From NCBI GenBank assembly GCA_049999805.1, contig JBNGIO010006333.1, positions 114,802 to 154,056 on the forward strand: a DNA stretch of 39,255 bases, written 5' to 3'. Source of the stretch: Folioceros fuciformis (lineage: Eukaryota). The notes below the pieces were generated by a model. The model was not told the origin of the DNA, made no database searches, and was given only the letters and a program-made list of their open reading frames with translations. Position 1 is the stretch's first letter, and each line of letters begins with the position of its first letter. A program made the position numbers and the translations under genes. Positions 11,801 through 25,458 of the stretch are shown piece by piece.

Positions 11801-14800
11801 ACGGATAATGAGGAAAACTTCAGCAACGCTCTAATGGTGGGCATTGCGCAGTCCTTCTGAGTGTGTGGCCTGTTTGTTGCGTAGCAGAATGACTGAACCT
11901 ATGCCCTTGTTCTGGCCAGGTTTTCAGGTTTTTAATATCTTTTGCGGACGTCCTTGGCCTCTGGTCCTTCACGTTTGACGAACTCCTTCAGGCCTTCCAT
12001 GACTATGTGGGTCACTTTTCTAAACGGTTTCTTTTTGTTTCTACATGGTTTGTTTTTGTTTCTCTCGTTTAGAGTTCTTTCTTGTTGCGATGGACATCTC
12101 TTTCAGTTTTGCGATGCTGTGTACTTAATTATTCTATTTGTGTTTTTTAGGATCCACGACTGCTTGGTGACATTCATGTTGCCCTCTTGAGAACACTGGT
12201 TAAGGATGTTGAAGAAGCATCACAAGCAGCTGTCTCTGTTCCTGGGGGAAGTCAATATGCTTCCTTTGTCATATCAGGAGGTCATCCGGAAATTGTGGAG
12301 TCGGTGAGGATCCAACATACATGCTTTAGAGAGTAGTTTTGCGTNNNNNNNNNNNNNNNNNNNNNNNNNNNNNNNNNNNNNNNNNNNNNNNNNNNNNNNN
12401 NNNNNNNNNNNNNNNNNNNNNNNNNNNNNNNNNNNNNNNNNNNNACGTTAAGGTGAATGTTCCCTCGTTGCCACTTGTGCGTTCCTTTTACCTTTTGCTG
12501 CCTCTGCTTGTTCTCAGACTTGAATGTGTGCAACAGGTGACTGAAGGTGAAGATGTGGTCTCAACACTGCGGTCTGGTGCAGCGGCAGCAAATGCTGTTG
12601 CTTTAATGCAAGGAAAAGGGGTGGGCCAAGTACGTAGAAACCAGTACCGGATGACCCCTGGTACTGTGAAATTTGCTGCATTCCACATTTTGTCTCTCGA
12701 AGGAGACAAAGGTCTCAGTATTCCTCAGGTTGCTGATCTAATGCAGGTAATCGGTTGTTGTCAATAGGCTAGTAGCTGGGTTGAACTCTGTGTGCTACAA
12801 ATCGAGTGGCCATGGAGACTTAACTCCAGTCTCGTGCGTGGCTAACCTGTAGTTGCAGAGGCAGGTCGACTGAGGAGTGGATGGTGAGACTCAAATTTTC
12901 TGTGTGTGTGACATCGGGTGATGTGTTTTGCAGAAAACCGGCCTCCGAGATTTAAGCCTCAGCAGGACTCCAGAAGCATCCATAGCAGCAGCCTTATCAA
13001 GGGATGCGAATTTGTTTGAAAGAGTTGCCCCTTCTACGTACTGTGTGCGTCCTGCCTTTAGGAAAGATCCTGCAGATAGAGAACAGGTGCTCGATGCTGC
13101 AAGAGAAAAAATTGCCCTTTTCAAGAGTGGACAGCTAGAGGGAGAAGAAGCCGATAAGGAGGTCGAGGATCCAGAGGAAGGGGAGGAGGCTCTCAGAGAC
13201 GAGGAGTATGGCTTGGAAGAACATGAGGTTGATGATAAAGCCACCTACGCTGAACTCACTCCTGGAAAAGCCGAGTCTCCTTCGAAATCTGATAAGCCTA
13301 TGACTTTGGGTGACGGTGAGAAGAAGCTGCCAGTTCTTGTTGCCAGTGCCTTTGCTTTCTCTCCATCAAAAAATGACCATGTTGATTTCCTCATTCTGTG
13401 TGCAGATAATGATGCAGGAGAGAGAGATTTTCAGTCCCCAGAACACTTGGCCGCAGACAGAAACGTTTCATGTCCTTTGACAGGGGGAGTGAACAATGCC
13501 AAGCATGGAGGAGATATCAAGGACGGTGGCACTCGACCAGAGTGCACAAAACCTGAATTACCTTATGCTGAGACAGAGATAGATGAAAGCCAAGCTGGCG
13601 AGGCGTGGGTCCTGGGGTTGGCAGAAGGAGAGTATGGTGACCTTAGTGTTGAAGAACGTTTGAATGCGCTGGTGGCTCTTGTCAATGTTGTGAATGAGGG
13701 CACGACTATTCGTGTGGCTCTTGAGGTACGGCTCGTCCTGGTGTAACTTTACTGATGCGCATGTGTTAGTTGTATCCAAGGGTTTGCATTTAGTATGTCC
13801 AAATCGTGACAAATGTTTTGTCCTTGTGGCTAAACAGGATCGACTGGAATCAGCACAAGCTTTGAAGAGGCAGATGTGGGTTGAAGCCCAGCTGGACAGG
13901 CGGCGCTCAAAGGATGAGCCAACGAGGTTGCAAGTCCCTGGCACTGCTGGGGGCAAGGTAGAAGGAGCCAGTCCTAGTGGTGTGCTTGATGGTAGACACA
14001 GCAGCCCATTGTTGAGCTCGGACAGCAAACAGGATATTGCTCAACACGGGCTGCAAAATGCTGAAACCGGTGGGTTGAATGCTGGCGAGGGAAATGTTGT
14101 GATATCTGCAAAAAAACCTTCAGCAGGACAGGATTTGATAGCTGCTCAGGATGTTTCTGTGCCAGCGTTTGCACATCCATCTGAGAAGTCTCGGGCACAG
14201 TTGAAAGCAGACATAGGTCTTCGTGCAGAGGAGTTGTTTGTGTGCAGATCCGTGCCATTGGGTTTTGATCGCAGACGCAACAGATACTGGCAGTTTGTAA
14301 CTTCCAATGGTGGAGAGGATCCAGGATGTGCTAGGATCTATTTTGAGTCGGTTGATGGTCGCTGGGAAGTACTTAATACTGAGGAGGTAAGTTTGGTTCC
14401 TTTGGGTTGACATGGTTTTACTTCTGTTTTGTTTTTTCTCTACATACCTGGCAGGATGTTAAAATGTGGATTTGCATTTGGACAGTCACTGGATGCATTG
14501 ATGACATCACTGGACATAAGGGGATGCCGGGAATCCGGTTTACATCAAAGCCTTCTGAGGCTGGAGGGCTCAATACGTTCGGCGATGCGCAAGCAACAGA
14601 ATTTGCAAGGAGATGTCAAGGTGGAGACTCGAGTGGGTTGCCATGGTGAAGCTGAGACTGGTTCTAGGCATGAGCCCTCTGGAATTATTGCGTGCACAGC
14701 TGTTGATGGGAGTCCAGCAAGCGGTGTCTATGGACAAGATACTGATTTCTTGGACAGGAAGGCAGCCCTTTCTCTGGACCTGGGGAAGAATGAACACCAA

Positions 14801-16757
14801 AGGCGAAAGGCCCTGGAGCGGTACAGAGACCTTGTGGAGTTGGTCTGGGGAGCTTCCCCCTTGCGAGCAAAGTCATTCAAAAAGAGGGATCAGGAGCTGC
14901 TTTCCAATTGCAGTGTTTGCCATGATTTCTACTGGTTGAGAGATAAGCACTGTCCACATTGTCATGGCACATTTGACCAGTCATCTAAGATATACACTAG
15001 GTTTCTTGAGCATACAAGAGAGTGTGAAGACCGAATGAGAAATGGCGATCCCTCGTGGAAGTCGACAGAGCCATTGCCCTGCAGGTTCCAGCATCTCAAG
15101 TCACAGTTACTTGCAATTGAGGTGATCGATCGATTTTTTGTTTTTGCAATTGTGCTCTCCATGGGGTCTTTCTTTTGGTTTTTCGTATTTCAGGGTATTT
15201 TTAACATTGTTGTTACAGGGTGCCATACCTACTGCGGCTTTGAAGGTGCCGTGGAAGGATCAGCAACGGAAGACCTGGATATCCAACCTGAAGCAAGCAA
15301 CAGCATCTGGAGAAGTTTTGCAGGTTGGTCTGGTTTGGAGTTAGAATTCGCAGGCTTGGAACCTGGAAAGCATGTTCCATTGCAGCTTTTCTTGCTCCTT
15401 TTGAAGCAAGTTCGAAGGTGAAAGGGTGTGTTTTTTTGTGCAGGCTCTTGCAGATCTTGAGGACATCGTAAGTCGAGATTGGCTCTTGTCATCCTACGAT
15501 ACAACTGAAGAAATGCTGAAGAATGTGCCAGAGTCAGTTGAGAACCATAGTATTGATAAATCCAACTCTCGAGTCCTGCCCTGGATTCCACAAACCACAG
15601 CTGCTGTTGCACTGCAAGTTTCTCTTTTTGATGCTGCCATTGCTTACACCCATGAGGAGAAACTGCACAGGGAGAAGCAAAAGGAGGAAGACGCCAAAAT
15701 GGTAAGTTGGTCAATCCTTTCGCCTGTTATAAACTATTTTTGTGTTTCTGCGGACTCTTTTTCACCCTTTCCTGTTGAAATCGTTACACAGGCGAAGGCT
15801 GGTGTATCAGCAGTAAAGACTTCACCGGAGTTGGTACCAGCAGACCGGAATGGTGCTAATGGTGCAGAAGATGGCACTGGAGATGGACCTGTCGATGGCA
15901 AGGGCCGCTCTCGCAAAAAGCGAGCCGATGGGCAACCCAAAAACAAAAGCAAAGCCAGAACTAGCGGCGGTGGTGGTGGGGGCATAGGTGGACGAGATGG
16001 AGGTGGCAGTGGCAATGGAAAACTGGTGGGCGGTGCTAAGTCCTCTGTGGGTGCTGGAAAGAATGTAGGTGGAAGTGGCAAACGAGGCTTGAAGCGTAAG
16101 CTCCATTTCTCGGAAGATGGAGCAGGGGTGACTGCAGATGCAGTTGACAACCAATTGCATGCCAAGGATCAAAGGCGTCCAAGAAGTGGAACAGGAAAAG
16201 CAGGAGGGCGACCACGTGGCCGGCCACCAGGTCGGCCCCGGAACAAAGTAGCTGGTAGTGTGTCCCGTGGTGGTCGGAAGAGTAAAGTTGCGAAGCAGAA
16301 GGAAAGGGATCCGAATGAGCTTATGGCTTCAGCGGCCGAGAGGCAGCGGAAGGTTAGTCAAGCAAGAGCGCCTCATCATGATGAAGATACGGATGAAGAC
16401 GATGAAGGATATCAGTACGTGGATGACCAAGGTGATTGGGGGCCTCCAGATGATACGGATGAAGGGGAGCAATACGAGGAGGAGCAGCTAGACGAGGATA
16501 ATGGGGAATATATGGAGGAAGATGGAAGTGGGGATGGAATGGATGAAGATGTAAGCGGGGATCCTGGTCATGGCCATCTCATGAGTGACCGCGATGAGGA
16601 GGATGAACCAGTGGATGAGGATGACGCGAGGTGTGAAGATGACGATGGATATACTGGGCTCCAGGACAGTGATGACGAAGCAACAGGTTATGCAGAAGAT
16701 GCATCCGAGGATGATGCAGGGGAGCGGATGCCATCATACTCGTCTTCGGATGAGTGA
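8838..16757 (+). CDS. RLT: Homeobox-DDT domain protein, RINGLET (RLT1/RLT2) family ISWI partner; multi-exon, with an N gap at 12345-12444 probably hiding coding sequence
   Basis: Homeodomain KRRMKSKEQLQALEKAY..KYP..TRAELSATLKLTDKQLQVWFSHRRLKDRK; REDGPPVGFEFDP; EYQFIPEQPT; DDT domain (FRFLISFADVLGLWSFTFDELLQAFHDY|DPRLLGDIHVALL); HARE-HTH (TPGTVKFAAFHILSLEG..TPEASIAAALSRD..LFERVAPSTYCVR); WHIM1 (EIDESQAGEAWVLGLAEGEYGDLSVEERLNALVAL); WSD (PLGFDRRRNRYWQF..LDIRGCRESGL); LPWIPQTTAAVAL; acidic tail with stop at 16755-16757. Confidence 0.95.
9970..9991. repeat. (CT)n microsatellite in an RLT intron
   Basis: ctctctctctctctctctctct. Confidence 0.85.
11204..11436 (+). repeat. 112-bp tandem duplication of an exon-intron unit in the RLT gene
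   Basis: Introns 11225-11315 and 11337-11427 are both 91 nt and align to each other; they flank a 21-nt exon 11316-11336 (LEKESKR). Confidence 0.9.
12345..12444. other. Assembly gap (100 N)
   Basis: Run of exactly 100 N. Confidence 1.
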
Positions 16758-17765
16758 GTTGTAGCTAGCTCGGCCACAACGTGTGGGAGCTGCCTCCTTT
16801 TTTGCGGCAGCTACACAGTCGGAATCCTTCCACTGCGGTAGGAAGTGTAAATATCCTTGGCCCTCTCTTCTCATTGTCGAGGTACTTCGACAAGAATCGT
16901 TTCTTACGCTCCACTGCAGAGAGAAATTCCGTCGTAATCCTCGGTCAGGTTCTCAGATTTTTCCGACATCTTTGCCGAATCGTAATTTAACTGTTGACAA
17001 TTGTTGCATGGTTGCTGACGTTGTATGAAACTGAGTTTAGAACGAAGTTTAATGTTCAAGATTATCTTGTACAGTGGATGGGGACATTTCCGCTGCTGTG
17101 CGAAGTAGGTGGGTCCAGAAAGTTCGCCATTCGTTTCCTCCAACATCGTTGGGGGATAATACTCAGCTTGTGATAACTGGCAAATTGGATGCCCGTTCTG
17201 TTAGATTGAGTTGGGCGCAAGTCTCAATGTTAATTGGCAAAACAAAATTATCCTATACTTCTTCAGTCATTGAGTTAAACTTACGCCGTCCAGCACAGGC
17301 TTGGAGCTGACATCCGGAAGGCCAAAACTGTCCCGTGTATCCCGGTGCCGATATGTGAATCGTGTCAGTCCCACGGTACCAACTGTGGCAATCACATCTG
17401 ATGAACAAACCAGCACCTTTACCCAGAAGCCATCCAGAATACGTAGAAGCATTCAATTCCTCAAGTGTTGCTAATCTTGTCACAATCAAACAAATAAGCA
17501 GGTGGTGTACCGCTTTACCTGCACAATGTGGCGTTCACTGTACCAAGGGCCCTTGGGCAAACATAGAGGAAGGTCTTGCTGATGGCAACTCCTCCCACCA
17601 CCACAACACCTCAGTCACTATCAAGTGAATACCAGGCTCCATTTGACAACCGTTGACTGCTTTTCAACAACTCAAGCTCACGTTCCATTCCAGCAGGAAA
17701 ATGCCAAACTCAAGATCGCAGTGCTTAGCTTTGACGGTTTTCGAAAGATTTGTAGGCTGACCTCA

Positions 17766-20700
17766 TCACAAGAATGTTAACAGAATCCAAGAATGGATGA
17801 ACAGCCAGTAGATGATTAGCCCCAGCCGGACTGACGGCTGCTTCATCAGTAGTCTGCCCCCAGCAACACTGCAAACCAACACTCTTAATACTCGGAGAGA
17901 GAACAAGAAAAAGTAAGATTACACACAAGCAGCACGTAATCTCACCATAGTCCGTCGAGACGCTCTGCTATTGACCTCATCGCTCTTGGCGTGTATCTTG
18001 CCTTCGCAAGAGACTTATAGTCGTGCCCTGAGCAATCGTGAAACAGGGTTTATTTCAAAGCATGCTTTACAACAGAAACAAGCTAATATCTAACAGCAAA
18101 TTTCTCACACACAAGGAAACAAGACCTTTATCATCAAAGTTGTCCAACAGTTGTTCCTCCAAGTCCACCTCGACAATGACATCACTTGGGGGCACCTTCC
18201 GTGGGCCCCGCACGTGAGCAGCAGCTGCATTTCCAGCTGGAACTCGTTTGTTTCTTTGTCCCTGCAACAAGCAGTTCAAGGAACGATTAGGGACTTCAAG
18301 CACTTAGTTTTCTTGGATGCATGAAGTAAAGTATTACCAGGTCATCCATCTCAAGGGACTGCAAATCATCCATGGTTAAGGATGGACTCTGTTGAGGCTC
18401 CTTCGTCTGTAGTACTCCCTCCAAGGCAGCTTTTTCTGCTGCCAGGACTTGCAGCTCAGTTCTCAAATCTTGAAGCTGGCCATCTTTCTTTGTCATCTGC
18501 ACTCGCCATCCCTCCATTTGTGCACTGACTGTCTCCAGGAAGCTCTGGAGTTCACTTAAATCAGGTTGGATGTCTTGTTCATCACTTTTCATGCTGTGCA
18601 TTGACGGGCTTGTCAGATTAACTTGAGCTCCAGAAACACCCAACCTTTCTTGTGCTTTTGAGAGCATGCCCACCAATTCACCTTGGAGCTGCTCCAACCT
18701 TAAATTTTGCCCTGCCCGTAATGCCTGAACTTGGCTTTGATGCTTGTCCAACTCTCCCACAAGCCTGGCTATTTCAGCATCCCGCTTTTCCAGATCCGTC
18801 TGGAGACTTCCCAACAGCGCAACGAGCTCTTCTGACTGATGCAGCAGAACATTGAGATTCTTGTAGTTTGTATTAAGCTTAGATATAGCCTTTGAACGTG
18901 ATGCTTCAAGACTCTGCAAAGAGGCCTGCTTCTCACGCAAAACAGCTTCTAGTTCCTTAACACGTTGTGAAAGTGTGTCATTTTGTGATTCGGCCTCGCT
19001 CAGAGCTAGAATGTGTGCTTCCAGATCTGCACAAGAGGTATCACACATTAGATCTTCATAAACCACAAGGACTAGCAACCGTGCAGTTCTGAGCCGCATC
19101 TAGAGAAAGCAAGTCATACCTTCATCCTTGGAGGACAAGAGTTCGTGCAGAGCAGCCAGGTCCTCCTGAGCATTTCTAAGAGATTTGGCATCTTCAGTTG
19201 CTTTTCCCTCTGCAATTTGCAGCGTTGAACGCAGTGTCTGAAGCTCCTTGTCAAGTTCAACATTCCGTGACTCCAGGGCAAGCATTTTAACCTCATCCAT
19301 TTCCTTCTTGCTCAGCAAACTTTTCAGTGCGTCTTCAGATTGTGCCAGTCGCTGTCTAATGTTCCCACATTCCCTCTCTTTTTCTCCCAGAGCTTTCTTT
19401 GACAGAATTTGCACATCTTGCAACACTTGCTGCAACTGATCCCTCTCCTCTCCGAGGTCAGCAGTTACCCTTTTGTTGTCTGAAAGCTGTCGCTCCAGAG
19501 CAGATAGCTGACTTTGAAGGCCGACTATCTCAGAGTGCCGTTTTTTGAGGTCCTCTTGATGTATAGTCAGCTCTCTCTCCCTGACAGTCTTTGCCTGCTG
19601 CGCTGATCTACTGATGGCGTGCACCACCTCCACAAGCTCTTGACACTTTTTAGTCAGAGAGTTATCAACAAGAGGGACATTCCCAGATGGGAGAGGCTGA
19701 GCTTGAGAAGCACTCTGATCATTAATGGTTCCTTTTTCTGCCTGCAGAAGATTCAATTCCGCAACAGAGGAATTCAAGACGTCCAGCACCATGCTTAGAG
19801 AAGCCCTCAGAAACTGAACCTCATCATTGGTCTGATGTTTGAGCAATGTCTCTGTCTTCAGTCTGGCAAGCTCATTATGTTGAATTTCACTGAGAGCTCT
19901 TAATTCAATAATCTCAGAGCTGTAGTTATCTGCTTCAGACCGTGCTACATCTAGCTCTGCTATTCGAGCTGCCAAAGATGTACTCAGCTTCTCTACGTCC
20001 TGTTCAGATTCTCCCTTTGAGACCCTCAAAACAGTGTTCTCCTCCAACAGAGCTTGCGCAGCAGCTGTCTGCTCACTTAGCTGCAAAGCTATAGCTCTGT
20101 TTTCTAAAAGCAACGCCTGTTTCTCCTCCGACAGCACCTTAATCTTAAGGTTCAACTCTCTTAATGATACATCCTTCGACTGCAACTCCACAACATGGCG
20201 GGTAACAAGATTGTCCATCTGTGCATCTTTTGCAGCGACAGTGCGCTGCAGATTATCGTATTCTAGTTTCAATGCTTTGCCCTTCCTCACAGCCATGCTA
20301 AGTTTTTCCCTTGTTCCTGAGATCTTGTGCTCCATTTCAGTGACTTGTGCCCGTAACGAGCTTCTCTCACTCTCGGCTTCATCTAAGCTGTTCCTCATTT
20401 TCTGTGACTGTTGCGAAAAACCACTTATCTCCTCTTCCTGATGGGCCATGGTGGTGGCCGCTTCCTCAAGCCTAGCCGTCAAGTCACTTATCTCATTGTC
20501 CTTGTCATCAATAGCTTTCTGCAGGCTCTTTACGAACTGGTCACAAGCCTGTTGTCTCGATTCAAATTCAGTTAATTGCTGGATTTGCACCAGAACTTTC
20601 CTCTTCAGCTCCTCGTGTTGTTCCATCATATCTTCGTATACTCTGATAATTAAATTCGAGAGAGTGTCAAAGGTGGTGGGAAATGACACGATAGAGCCCA

Positions 20701-23700
20701 GTACTTCAGTGGACGAGGATCTTGGGAGAACTACTACAGTATTGGCGAAAAATGCTTCCAAGTCGGAACACATCTTGTCCCGACGAGCGATCTCAGCATC
20801 CAACTTTTCAGCAGCCAAGACCAGCTGATCCCGCAAACCAACTTCAGTAAATGCAGCTTGAGAAGCTTCTTCTGCCAAAACTGCCATTGCTCGCTTACTG
20901 TCTTGTAACTCGTTTCTCATGGAACCTCTTTCGACTTCAAACTCAGTAGTGAGAACCTTTTCTCTTTCATGAGCATTCTCCAACTGAAGTGTCACCAAAT
21001 TGGCAATCTCCTTAGCATTTTCAAGCTCTCTTGACATTGCCTCTGATCCCTCTTGGACAACTTCTAAAAAGCTGGTAACCCACTCAGCTTGAGACAGCAG
21101 GTTCTTTCCCGTCAGATCATCAGGCAATTTTGCCCTTTGAAAATGGACCATAACGCTTGCAAGTGAAGTAGCTTTCTGTAACTGCTGTTCGATAGTAGAA
21201 AGAGATGTGGTCGCCGCTTCAAGCTCCACTTCTAATGATTGTACTTGCTCTACTGCAGCGGCAAATTTTCTCTGCAGGTTCTCCACCTCTGCCTGCAAGT
21301 TGACAGTATGTTTGACCTGTTGAGCAGCGAATTCAGACCTGCTCTTTATCTGGATCAACAGCCCTTTAATCTCATCACTCTTCCCTGGGAACTCTGCAGT
21401 GCACCCAGTATCAAGTTGTGTGCCATCTTGCACAGGGAGGTTGTGAAAGTGCAGCATATCAAGGATATGCAGAAGCTCTTGTCTGAAAGCAACTTGCATC
21501 TCAACAAAAGCCATATCAAGAGCCCCCTTTGCTGTCATGCTCAATTCCAGGCCATGGATTTGACCCTTCAGGTCCACAAGCTCAGCCTGCAAACGTTCCC
21601 TTGATGTCACAATCTCATCCTTTTCAAGCCGCAGTGTCCTAGTCTGTTCCCCGGAAAGTCTTGCCATGCTTTGCAGCTCCTCATTTCTCAAGGTAGCCTG
21701 TGTGAGCTGTTCCTCCAAACTGCCATTCCATTCGCAAATTTGCTTGACGACCGCATGCAAAGCATCAATTCCGTATTCAGCTACAGATGATCCATTTGTC
21801 AAAAATTTTGGAGCCTCACGTAACTGAGCAACCAGTTCTTGACACACAGCTGAAACACGCGCCTCCATATTTTCAAGTGTTTTCAAGGAAGATTTGAGCC
21901 TGTCATCCTGCTCTTGACGTTTCAGCTGGACATCTTCCAGCTCCTCCTGGATTGCTTTCTTATCAGATAATAGCTGACTTATTTGTGTGGCAGATTGGAC
22001 TTGGAAAGCTTTGTATTCCTCAGCCACTGTCCTGACTTTCCTTTCCAAATTCGAGTTCTCCACCGTCAAACCTTGAATTTGACCTCTACAGTCAACAAGC
22101 TCAGATTGCAGGTGTTCATTCGATGTCACCAAGGCGTTGTTTTCAAGCTGCCATGTTCTAGACTGATCGTCCGCCGCTCTTACCAATCGTTGCGGGTCTT
22201 CATTTCTTGAGGCGAGATTACTATCACACATCTGCTTGATAATACCAAGCAATGCATGGAGTCTGCATTCAGCTCCTGATGATCCACCATTGAAAACCTC
22301 TGGAGCCGTATCTACTTTGCCAACCAGCTGTTGACACCACAACAAAACAGTTCCTTCAACAGTTTCAAGGGTTTTTACAAACGACTTGATCTTTTCATCC
22401 TGCTCTTGACATGTCAGCTGCATGGCATCCAACCTCTCCTGAATGGAGTCTTTTTCAGATTGTACACGACCCCTTTCCCTGACAGATTGTTCAAGAAGAG
22501 CTTTGTAATCCTCCGATATGGCACTGTGCTGGTTCTCCACATTTAAGTTCTCTGCTAACTGAGACCTTTCTTGATCTACCTCCTGTAATCTTCTAAGAGC
22601 TGCTTCCAGTTCCAAACGACAGTTCTGCTCTGCATTTATACTAGCATCTCGTTCACGTTTGAGTGAATCCACACTCTCTCTGAGGGCTGTAACCTGGCAA
22701 AATAGCTCAGATAACTGGACAGATCCAGCACGGACTGGTGGATCACTTTCAAGGTCCACATGATCAAACTGAAGAGCCTTGGTTTCAAATTCTTGTATCA
22801 GCTTCCCAACACATGATGCAAGTCTTACACTGGCATCAGCAGACTTTGCAGAAGGGCTTGCATCCAGACTTTCTGAAGGAAGCACCTGTCGTACGGCCTG
22901 CTCCAACTCCAGCGAGTTGGACTCTGTCCGTTGAATATGATCCTTTAGGCGTGTTGTGCACGCAGCTTCCCTAGCATTTTGATCCTGAATTTGGCCTTCC
23001 AGATATTGTATCTTTGCTCTGAATTCATCCCGTTCTTCATGTTGCTTTGATATCAGCTCCAGCATATGTTGCCGTAAATCCTGAAAAGCCTTATTCTCAT
23101 TATCTAATGACTCACGTGCCTGCACACGCACCGTGTTACTCTGGTTGTCGTCCCCATAATTCAGCTCCCGAAATTCATTGCACAGAGAATCTAATTCCGC
23201 TATCCAATGAGCTCTGTTTTGTCCCATTGCCTCTGTTTGTCTCTGAAGACCATCTCTGGCCTCTATGGTAGCCAACAACTGCCGGTGCAATCCTGCTAAC
23301 TCCTCTTCCAGCTCGGCCTTAGTTTGCACCACACCGTCACATGCACTTCTTGCTGCCGCAAACTGGCCTCTGAGATTGGAATTTTCATCCTTTAGTTCTT
23401 CTATGACCCGTTCAACCTTCAATAGTTCGCACATAAGCCGGTCCCTCTCATCTGAGAGATCCTTGAGCTGCAGGGTGAGCAACTGTAGATTAGAGCCCCT
23501 GCAACCGGTTTCTTCTTCCAGTTTGCTCAAAGCAACATCCCTGACCTCTAATTCGGACAGCAGCCTAGACACTTCGGCTGTCAACAACTTCTTCGCTTCT
23601 TGCAAGTCAAAAATTTGAGCCTGTGCGGCTTGTAGCTGACCCGCCAGCAGTGTTTTCTCTGATAGCAAGCTTTGGTTCTCTCCTGACAGAGTTTCCATCC

Positions 23701-25263
23701 GAGCCCCCTCGGAGACACTTTCTTGCATTCGATGTTCTAGTTCTTTCTCCATAAGCGATTTACTGTCAGTAACTTCTGCCAATGACTGTTTGCAAGCAAT
23801 AACCTCCTGGACAATAGCTGCTCTCTGAACTCGTAGATCCTCAACTTCGGTGACAAGCTCCTTGTTCTTGTCGGTTTGGTCCTTCAATGACACCTGCGCT
23901 CTTTCGAGTTCAGCTGATAGTTGCGCTTTGTCCTGCAGTTCATTGCTCAGGTTCCCCCTAACGGAGGCAAGTTCATACGTTATAAGAGACTTGATGCCCT
24001 CAGTTTCGCTAAGTTGTTGCTTCAGTAAATGGAGTTGTGTTTCCATAGCTGCTTTCTCTCTGGTCATTTCAGTGTGTTCCTGCTGCAAATGCTCAAACTG
24101 ATAGGAAGCTGCTTCGAGTTCGTCTGAGAGACGACTGTTTGCCTGCTCAAGACTAGTGACATGAACGTGAGATTTAGCAAGGTCATCTGCTTGAATGGAC
24201 GCAGCTTCCTGGAATTTTAGAAGCTCCTGCTTCATGTTCTCTAAACTCGAACACAGAAGCGACTTTGAATGCTCCATTTCGAGAAACCTTTCCTTTGTCA
24301 CAGCAAGCTCTCTGCCCAGGAGCTGATTCTCTTCCACGGAATTGTGGAGTTCAGCTTCAAGCTTGCTAGCCTTTGTGCAAGCTTCGGCTTTCTCCTCGTA
24401 GGAGCTTTCCAGCTGCTGCTTGCAGACACAGAGATCAAGCCGCAGCTGCTCAGCTTCATCATTTGATGCTTGAACCATAATCCTAAGCTTTGCACCTTCT
24501 TCGTGGGACATGTCCAGCTTCCGAGTCAAGTCATCCAGCTGAGCCTTATCCTCTGCTGTCCTTTGGGCAGCTGCTACCGCATTAGCTGAAATAACTGCCT
24601 GCCGTTCATCGCATTCAGTAACCTTGTCCTGTAGTGATCCTTGTGTAGATGACAATTGGGATCTCAACTCCTGTATCTCCTTCACCAGGCTGTCTTTAAG
24701 ATGGATGGACTCATCCAGGTGCAGCTTCAGACTATTGCAGTCTTTGTCATGCTCTTCGCTGTGCGCCTCTACCTGTTCGTCCCTCGAAAGCCCCTGCAGG
24801 TTCAGAGCACAGCCCCCAGTTACGCTTGCAAAAGTGGTGGCATGTAATCGGCAGCATCAATCAAGCTTTCAGTTAGGGAGTATCACCTGAAAAAATCTTA
24901 CCTCCGTCATGCCTTCATGGCCACTCTGGGTGGGCACATCCCGTGGCTCACACCTAAACATCTCAGTGTCCATAGGCGGCAGAGACACGTCACTGGTTGC
25001 AACAGGAGCTGGGTCTCCCACATCCTGTTGCTCTTGCGCCTCGCTGTTATTGCCCTTGCCCGTGCCAGTTTCCGCGGCCTTGCCTGTGCTTGACTTCTGT
25101 TGGCGCGTCTTGCGGAACTGCTCCAGCTGGTGCACATAGAAACCACCGGCATGAACAAGGACGAAGCACGCTCCAGCAAAAGGTATCGAATGACTGAACA
25201 TGTTGCCCATACCCGCTTCTTTCCAGCTGCTCGCATCTCGTCCTTCGAGTTCGTCTTGTCCAT
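17766..25263 (-). CDS. Very long coiled-coil, C-terminally tail-anchored protein (~2,300 aa), golgin-like, TNO1 (TGN SYP41-interacting)/At4g31570-like family; 7 coding exons including a 5,674-nt exon (19120-24793)
   Basis: ATG at 25263: MDKTNSKDEMRAAGKKR|LEQFRKTRQQK; continuous heptad-rich E/Q/L/K sequence; TREKLSMAVRKGK motif; C-terminus DDK|GHDYKSL..RYTPR..ERLDGL|CVAGGRLLMKQPSVRLGLIIYWLFIHSWILLTFL* (terminal TM helix); consistent GT-AG phases. Family assignment is from recall of motifs. Confidence 0.85.
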
Positions 25264-25334
25264 AGTGTTGAAACCAGCGACACACGTGGCTTCCAAACCA
25301 GCGCGACCTCAGCCTTGGAAGGCGTCTGAGCAGC

Positions 25335-25458
25335 CACTGGCAAAAAGAGAGCAAAGCATGGCCTCTACAGCTATGCGTGAGAATTGGCAGCGTATCCACT
25401 GGCAAAAAGAGAGCAAAGCATGGCCTCTACAGCTATGCGTGAGAATTGGCAGCGTATC
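25335..25458. repeat. Perfect 62-bp tandem duplication upstream of the golgin-like start codon
   Basis: cactggcaaaaagagagcaaagcatggcctctacagctatgcgtgagaattggcagcgtatc x2 (25335-25396, 25397-25458). Confidence 0.95.

Noticed and set aside
12305-12540. Apparent loss of the conserved segment between DDT and HARE-HTH in RLT
   Set aside because: It coincides with a 100-N gap of unknown true size, so the data are missing rather than deleted.
9105-16227. Minus-strand ORFs over the RLT gene
   Set aside because: They are antisense shadows of low-complexity RLT exons.
19248-24890. Many plus-strand Ser/Cys-rich ORFs
   Set aside because: They are antisense shadows of the E/Q/L-rich coiled-coil exon.
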